Assembly (NCBI GenBank): GCA_003156975.1
Contig: PMIE01000082.1
Coordinates: 88,978-123,339 of the forward strand
Origin: Chloroflexota bacterium
Lineage (GTDB): Bacteria > Chloroflexota > Limnocylindria > Limnocylindrales > CSP1-4
DNA: 34,362 nucleotides
Direction: 5' to 3'
Below the pieces are notes generated by a model. That model made no database searches, had not been told where the DNA came from, and was given only the letters and a program-made list of their open reading frames with translations. Of this stretch, positions 29,152 to 34,362 are shown piece by piece. The translations under genes and the position numbers were made by a program. The first letter of the stretch is position 1; every line of letters begins with the position of its first letter.

Positions 29152-30477
29152 CTACCAGTCCGGGTCTATCTGACGATCGAGCAGTTCCGTCGGCATGATG
29201 CGCGGCCGGATCAGCCTGGCCTTTCCGGCGCGGACGCCGACTTCGGCGGCGGTTGGGTGGGACAGGAAGAACGGCATCGATTCGGTGAAGCCGTAGGCTC
29301 CCGTGTCGAGTACGGCCATCAGATCGCCGGCTCGTGGCCGGGGCAGCATCGCATCGGTGGTGAATACATCGAGCCCGGTGCACAAGGGCCCGGCGACCGT
29401 GGCGTGGACCATCGCCCGGAGACCGTCCGTTGCCAGGACGGCCAGGCGATGCTCGCTCTGGATCAGGGCAGGCCGAAGGACGTGGTTGATGCCGCCGTCG
29501 AGGATCGCGACGGGCGCCGAGTCCGGCCCCTTCACGTCAACGACTCGGGCCACGTATGCGCCGGCCGGCCCGACCAGAAATCGGCCCGGCTCCAGGATGA
29601 CTTCCATCTGCCGGAGGTCCGCGTCCGAGTCCCAGCTCGCCCGGAGTTCGCCGAGGCGCCGGCCGAGCCGGGCCAGGTCGAGCGGCAGCTCGCCGTCGCA
29701 GTAGGGGATGCCGAGACCGCCGCCCGCGTCCACCAGACGCAGTTGCGTGCCCGTCTCGGCGGCCACCCGCCGGCCGATATCCACGAGATCCGCCACGTGG
29801 CCGACGAGCTGTTCCGCGTCCCGGAGGTTGGAGGCCCCAAAGGCGTGGATGCCGAGCAGTTCAACGTGCTCGGAAGCGGACGTGGCTCGGGCCGTCTCGA
29901 CGAGGGTCTGGAGAGGCATTCCAAACTTGCCCTCGACGCCGCCGATGATCCGGACCGTCTCCAGCCGGGCATCCTCGGCCACGGCCAGGCGGAGGAGGAT
30001 CTTCTGGCGCTTCCCAGCAGCCGCGGCAATCGCCTGGAGGCGGCCCAGCTCTCCCGGCGACTCGACGGTGATGAAGCCGATCCCGGCCTCAACCGCGGCA
30101 GCCAGTTCCGCGTCTCGCTTGCCGGGGCCGGTCATGGCGACCGCCGCCGGTTCGAAGCCGGCGCGCAACACCGTCTCGAGTTCGCCGCCCGAGGCCACGT
30201 CGGCACCCACGCCGCAGCGGCGCAGGTGGGCCACGACCGCAAGAGAGGGGTTGGCCTTGACGGCGAAGGCGATCCGGAACCCGTGCGGCAGAACCGATCG
30301 CAGCGCTTCTACGCGCCGGCCGATCAAGTCAAGGTCGTAGACGAAAAGCGGTGTCCCGAATTCCTCGGCCAGAGCCGCGGGCGAGAGGCCGGCCAGGCGG
30401 CCCTCGGCGAGGATGCCGTCGATGCCGGCAGTCGCGGCGCCGCCGGGCGCGGAGCCTGCGTCGGTATCGGCGGTCAC
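29152..30477 (-). CDS. lysA: Fold-type III PLP decarboxylase, probable diaminopimelate decarboxylase
   Basis: FGTPLFVYD, FAVKAN (PLP lysine), DVASGGE, DAGGGLG, EPGRFLVG, GPLC, GAYG; GTG start 30477 overlaps the dapD stop; dap operon context. Confidence 0.8.
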   Translation of the reverse strand: MTADTDAGSAPGGAATAGIDGILAEGRLAGLSPAALAEEFGTPLFVYDLDLIGRRVEALRSVLPHGFRIAFAVKANPSLAVVAHLRRCGVGADVASGGELETVLRAGFEPAAVAMTGPGKRDAELAAAVEAGIGFITVESPGELGRLQAIAAAAGKRQKILLRLAVAEDARLETVRIIGGVEGKFGMPLQTLVETARATSASEHVELLGIHAFGASNLRDAEQLVGHVADLVDIGRRVAAETGTQLRLVDAGGGLGIPYCDGELPLDLARLGRRLGELRASWDSDADLRQMEVILEPGRFLVGPAGAYVARVVDVKGPDSAPVAILDGGINHVLRPALIQSEHRLAVLATDGLRAMVHATVAGPLCTGLDVFTTDAMLPRPRAGDLMAVLDTGAYGFTESMPFFLSHPTAAEVGVRAGKARLIRPRIMPTELLDRQIDPDW

Positions 30478-31286
30478 CGAAGCGCTTCTTCCAGGGCGAC
30501 TCGGGCATCGGTCCGTTCGTCGCGGTACTTGACGATGACGGACGCGGAGAGAGCCAGTCCGTGAGCCGCGGCGAACTCGCCCGACACGCTGCGGACTCCG
30601 GGCACGACGACGGCGCCGGCCGGAACGACGAGCGGTTCCTCCAGTGTGCCGGCGACGACCCGCTCGCGGACCAGGTCGTAGAGGCGGCTCGTGCCGGTCA
30701 GGATGACGCCCGCGGCTATGACCGCGCCGCGCTGGACCAGGACGCCCTCGAGTAGCGCGGCCTGGGCGCCGACGAAGACCTCGTCTTCGACGATCACGGG
30801 GCGGCGGCCGGGCGGCTCGAGAACGCCACCGACCTGAACGCCGGCGGAGAGATGCACTCGGGCGCCGATCTGGGCGCACGATCCGACAAGTGCGTGAGAG
30901 TCGACCATCGTGCCCTCGCCGACCCAGGCGCCGACGTTGATGAATGAGGGCGGGATGATCGTCACGCCAGGGGCGAGATAGACGCCGGCCCGAACCGATG
31001 AGCCGCCCGGAACGATTCGCCACGGCTTGCCGGCGGCCAGCGCGGCCAGCGCCTCGGGCGATTCGATCAGGTCCTTGATGGGCAGCCCGACGCGATCTCG
31101 AAACTGCATCGCGCCGCCGAGATCCCACGTGCGGGTCTCGCGATTGGCGAAGAGCCCGAGGATGGCCTGCTGCACGCTCGCATCCACGCGCCAGCCGCCC
31201 GGGGCCTCCGGGTCCGGATGAGCCGCCCGGACTCGGCCCGCGTCGAGGTCGGCGAGTATCCCGGTCGCCGCGTCCGCCGCCGTCAT
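30474..31286 (-). CDS. dapD: Tetrahydrodipicolinate N-succinyltransferase
   Basis: RIVPGGSSVRAG, PSFINVGAWVGEGTMVDSHALVGSCAQIG, HLSAGVQVGGVLEP, KYRDERTD..LEEALR; ATGA overlap with dapA. Confidence 0.93.
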   Translation of the reverse strand: MTAADAATGILADLDAGRVRAAHPDPEAPGGWRVDASVQQAILGLFANRETRTWDLGGAMQFRDRVGLPIKDLIESPEALAALAAGKPWRIVPGGSSVRAGVYLAPGVTIIPPSFINVGAWVGEGTMVDSHALVGSCAQIGARVHLSAGVQVGGVLEPPGRRPVIVEDEVFVGAQAALLEGVLVQRGAVIAAGVILTGTSRLYDLVRERVVAGTLEEPLVVPAGAVVVPGVRSVSGEFAAAHGLALSASVIVKYRDERTDARVALEEALR

Positions 31287-32272
31287 GCGCGGGCCGCAGC
31301 TGCGGTTCGAGCGCCTGGGGTTCGGGTTGCCGTCGTCCGTGGGCTTGCGATCGCGTCGTCGGAGTCGATCAGGCCGGTCGATTCGAGGATGAGTCGCAGC
31401 CGGCTTCGGTAGGGCTCGTCGAGCGGGAGCAGCGGCATTCGCAACGTGTCCGAGCACAGCCCCATCATCGACATCGCCGCCTTGACCGGGACCGGATTCG
31501 GGCCGCCGGCGAAGTTGGCCTTCATCAGCGGCAGCCAGCGCTCGTGGATCATGAGAGCCTGCTCCCAATCGCAGGCGAACGCGGCGTCGCACATCGCGGC
31601 CATTTCGCCGGGGATCTCATTCGAGCAGGTGCAGATGACACCGTCACCGCCGAGCGCGAGCATCGGCATTGTCCACGTGTCGTCGCCCGCGAAGACGGAG
31701 AAGTCGGTGGGGCGATCGCACAGGATCGTCGCGATCTGGTCCATGTTCGCCGATGCTTCCTTGACCGCCACGATCCTTGGATGTTCGGCGAGACGGAGAA
31801 GTGTCGCAGCCTCGACGTTCACGCCGGTCCTGCCCGGGACGTTGTAGACGATTATCGGGAGTCCGCCCTCGTCCGCAACGGCGCGGAAGTGGGCCTCGAG
31901 CATTCGCTGGTCGGGCTTGTTGTAGTAGGGCGCCACCACCAGCGCGGCATCTGCGCCGAGGGCCGCGGCGCGCTGTGTCGACTTGATCGCGGTCCCGGTA
32001 CTGTTCGATCCGGTTCCGGCGATCACGCGTACGCGGGCCCGGCTGGGCCGCTCGGATGCGATTTCCAGGGTGGTCGCGATTACCCACTCGTCTTCAGGGT
32101 GCGTCAGGGTCGGCGTTTCGCCGGTGGTTCCGCAGGCGACCAGGCCGTGAATTCCGGAATCGATCTGACGCCGGACGAGACTGCGGAAGGCCTCCTCGTC
32201 GATTTCGCCGGCGGGGGTGAAGGGTGTGATCAGGGCCGTGAAGGCTCCCTGGAGTTGGCGGCTGGACGGCAT
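31283..32272 (-). CDS. dapA: 4-hydroxy-tetrahydrodipicolinate synthase
   Basis: TALITPF, CGTTGETPTL, AGTGSNST, PYYNKP, YNVPGRTG, VKEAS, NPVPVKAA; AAGGAG SD. Confidence 0.97.
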   Translation of the reverse strand: MPSSRQLQGAFTALITPFTPAGEIDEEAFRSLVRRQIDSGIHGLVACGTTGETPTLTHPEDEWVIATTLEIASERPSRARVRVIAGTGSNSTGTAIKSTQRAAALGADAALVVAPYYNKPDQRMLEAHFRAVADEGGLPIIVYNVPGRTGVNVEAATLLRLAEHPRIVAVKEASANMDQIATILCDRPTDFSVFAGDDTWTMPMLALGGDGVICTCSNEIPGEMAAMCDAAFACDWEQALMIHERWLPLMKANFAGGPNPVPVKAAMSMMGLCSDTLRMPLLPLDEPYRSRLRLILESTGLIDSDDAIASPRTTATRTPGARTAAAARA

Positions 32273-32374
32273 TTCGGTTGCTCCTTGGGCGTTTCGGGCG
32301 TCGGAGCCGGCCTGGGCGGCCGGCGGTGGTGTCTCTTTGGCGTTGGTTCGGTCGGATCCGTATTCGGGTCCGAC

Positions 32375-33130
32375 CTACTGCTTGGCGATGATCGAGTCGA
32401 CGACCTCGTCGAAACTGTGGAAGCCCGGAGCCCTGGGCTCGGCCAGTAGCCACTCGGCGGCGGTTATGGCGCCGGACGAGTACGCAGATCTATCGCGGGC
32501 GGTCAGTCGCATCTCGAGGCTCTCGCCGGGGGCGTCGAAGCCGACGAGGTGCATCCCCGGAGAGGCACCGGCCCGGATGACCGACACGTCCAACTCCTCG
32601 AGAGCGGGAGCGCCATGGACCATCGGCTGGGCCACGCGGGTCTTGCGCGGGTGGGCGGCGATGAGGCGCCGCGAAAGCTCCAGCGCGGTGCCGGAGGGCC
32701 GGTCCGCCTTGGAGCGGCGATGCCACTCGACCAGGTATGGGTCGTAATCCGCGAACGGGCCGAAGAGCCGCGCGGCATCTTCGACGAGACGGGCGAACAG
32801 CATCACGCCGAGGCTGAAGGAGGCCGAGGCCACGGCCGCGGCATCGTTCTGGATGAGCAGGGTCTCGACGGCGTCCCGGTCTGAGGCCCAGTTCGTCGTG
32901 CCGATGACGAAGCGGCGCACGCCGCCCTGCAGCGCGGCCCGGATGTTCTGCAGGACGGCTTCGCCGACCGCGAACTCGAACAGGACCTCCGCGTTCCGGA
33001 AGCTCTCCGGCGAGTGGCCCTCGGCGGAATCCGGCATCCCGAGAATCGCCATCGCGGGCATGCCGCGGCCGGCGAGCGCAGACGCGACCGCACGGCCCAT
33101 GCCTCCGTCTCCGGCGACGATGCTCAACAT
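32375..33130 (-). CDS. dapB: 4-hydroxy-tetrahydrodipicolinate reductase
   Basis: GGMGRAV, VIGTT, FSLGV, VEWHRRSKADRPSGTA, IRAGASPGMH; GGAGGAG SD. Confidence 0.9.
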   Translation of the reverse strand: MLSIVAGDGGMGRAVASALAGRGMPAMAILGMPDSAEGHSPESFRNAEVLFEFAVGEAVLQNIRAALQGGVRRFVIGTTNWASDRDAVETLLIQNDAAAVASASFSLGVMLFARLVEDAARLFGPFADYDPYLVEWHRRSKADRPSGTALELSRRLIAAHPRKTRVAQPMVHGAPALEELDVSVIRAGASPGMHLVGFDAPGESLEMRLTARDRSAYSSGAITAAEWLLAEPRAPGFHSFDEVVDSIIAKQ

Positions 33131-33154
33131 ACGATCTCCTCCGTTGTCTCGTGC

Positions 33155-33193
33155 AAACAGAAAGGCCGCGCCACCAGCATCGGTGTCGCGGCC
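33155..33193 (-). terminator. Attenuator terminator upstream of dapB
   Basis: Minus strand GGCCGCGACACC-gatgct-GGTGGCGCGGCC-TTTCTGTTT, ending 24 nt before the dapB ATG. Confidence 0.85.
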
Positions 33194-33247
33194 TGCGGGA
33201 GCCTCTTGCCCTTCAGCTCCGCGGTTCGTTCCGAACGCCGCCGAGCC

Positions 33248-33316
33248 CTAGGGCCGTGCCTCCCGGCAAGGCCGCCAGCGCTTCGACTTGGGCTTGGCGA
33301 GCAGTTGGACGAACAT
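33248..33316 (-). CDS. Lysine-rich leader peptide (MFVQLLAKPKSKRWRPCREARP)
   Basis: ATG 9 nt after the -10 box; three AAG codons within five codons; its 3' half is complementary to the 5' arm of the downstream terminator. Confidence 0.78.
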   Translation of the reverse strand: MFVQLLAKPKSKRWRPCREARP

Positions 33317-33325
33317 CAGGACTGA

Positions 33326-33354
33326 AGTATGCATGAGCTGGTGGATATGCGCAA
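33326..33354 (-). promoter_or_regulatory. Putative sigma70-type promoter of the dap/lys operon
   Basis: Minus strand TTGCGC (33354-33349)-N17-CATACT (33331-33326). Confidence 0.65.
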
Positions 33355-33524
33355 GAGGCGCGGTGATTATGCATAGTGCATAGGGCTGGAGTGCATATAT
33401 GGCATGCATTCCGGATGGGAAAGAGCGGCTCGAGGAGCGACAAGGGCGGGCACCGGCCCAGACGAGCTAGCCAGGGGGCCGTCGGTGGTCCTGACCCGGT
33501 CGCAACCGCCGAGTCAGGCCACGG

Positions 33525-34362
33525 TCACCGTTTGGTTCGCGGGCTCTGGACCGCATCGAGCGCGAGCTGGCGGACCGAACGATGGTGCGAGACGGTTTCC
33601 ATGTCGCGCCCTACCGCCTCCAGGATCGTGCCGGCGCTTGTGTGCCAGCGCGAAGAGACCTCCCGCGGAGCCTCGCCACCAGATGCGGCTGCGGCCTGGA
33701 CTGCGGCGCCGATGGCAACAAACTCAGTTGACTCCGGTATGGAGATCGCGCGTCCGGATAGACGCTGGACCACACGCCGCCAGACTTCGCCTCGGGCGCC
33801 GCCGCCGATGAGCACCAACGGCGCACCGGCATCGATGCCCGACGAGCACCGGTCGATCGTGTCGAGCGCGTCCAGGAGACTGATCACGGCTCCCTCATAC
33901 GTGGCCATGAGGATCGATCGCGGATCTGTGTCGTGGCGCAGGCCCAGCACCGCGGCGGATGCCGCGGGCAGGTTTGGAGTGCGCTCGCCGTCGAAATAGG
34001 GGAGCGAAACCACGCCCTGGCTGGGGAGGACGTCGTTTCTGTCGAGTTTGAGCCACTCAGCCATACGATCGACTGCAAGCGTGCAGTTGAGGGTGGCGGC
34101 AAGCGGCAGAAAGTGACCGGATGCGTCTGCGAATCCGGCAACCTGGCCGGACGGGTCGGCCGTCCGAGTGGTGGACACGAGATATGCGGTGCCGGATGTG
34201 CCGAGACTGATGACGGGCGTTCCGGGATCTAGCCCGAGGCCCAGTGCCGCGCCCATGTTGTCGCCCGTACCCGGGCCAACGATGGTGCCGGGCCGCAGTC
34301 CCGTGGACGCCGCAGCTTCTGCCGTAACGACGCCTGCAGCTTCGTTTGGTCGCAGAACCTTG
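33525..34362 (-). CDS. xylB: FGGY-family carbohydrate kinase, xylulokinase-like (5' end outside the window)
   Basis: Frame is open to the window edge; GPGTGDNMGAALG, ISLGTSG, VAGFADASG, LPYFDGERTPNLP, LIGGGARG, GAAVQAA. Confidence 0.82.
   Translation of the reverse strand, partial: KVLRPNEAAGVVTAEAAASTGLRPGTIVGPGTGDNMGAALGLGLDPGTPVISLGTSGTAYLVSTTRTADPSGQVAGFADASGHFLPLAATLNCTLAVDRMAEWLKLDRNDVLPSQGVVSLPYFDGERTPNLPAASAAVLGLRHDTDPRSILMATYEGAVISLLDALDTIDRCSSGIDAGAPLVLIGGGARGEVWRRVVQRLSGRAISIPESTEFVAIGAAVQAAAASGGEAPREVSSRWHTSAGTILEAVGRDMETVSHHRSVRQLALDAVQSPRTKR

Noticed and set aside
30478-31128. N-terminal 217-aa extension of the lysA ORF in the ORF track
   Set aside because: It overlaps dapD in another frame and is Arg-rich non-protein-like sequence; GTG 30477 couples to the dapD stop.
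33131-33330. Lysine riboswitch or T-box upstream of dapB
   Set aside because: No AGAGGUGC-type lysine aptamer core and no T-box UGGNACC antiterminator bulge seen; the leader-peptide model explains the sequence better.
1-34362. CRISPR array, tRNA/rRNA, transposase/integrase, restriction endonuclease
   Set aside because: No regularly spaced repeats, cloverleaf/rRNA signatures or recombinase/nuclease motifs found by eye.

Overview
High-GC bacterial chromosomal segment made mostly of housekeeping and regulatory genes. The gene content is compatible with Chloroflexota or a related high-GC lineage, but this is inference only. I see no CRISPR array, rRNA/tRNA or mobile element. In order, the window holds: a Pro-rich membrane protein with an SH3-like domain; an orphan, circularly permuted N6/N4 DNA methyltransferase; a large ATP-binding LuxR (LAL) regulator; an unannotated 22-aa hydrophobic peptide gene divergent from mgtC; a six-PAS hybrid histidine kinase; a three-subunit transhydrogenase (pntAa/pntAb/pntB); two hypothetical genes; a PIG-L deacetylase; bcp; a TPP-riboswitch-controlled thiamine salvage operon (thiD-thiM-thiE-thiL-cytX); a HAD hydrolase; a degenerate YbaK-like protein; a candidate sRNA; a membrane protein/WYL/HD-domain cluster; a dapB-dapA-dapD-lysA-like operon; and the 3' part of a xylulokinase-like gene. 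The strongest hidden feature is a complete Lys-codon leader-peptide attenuator (promoter, KPKSK leader ORF, antiterminator, terminator) upstream of the DAP-pathway operon, where a lysine riboswitch would be more usual. Also notable are the small membrane-peptide transcription unit, two candidate sRNAs and a recurring leaderless-promoter layout.
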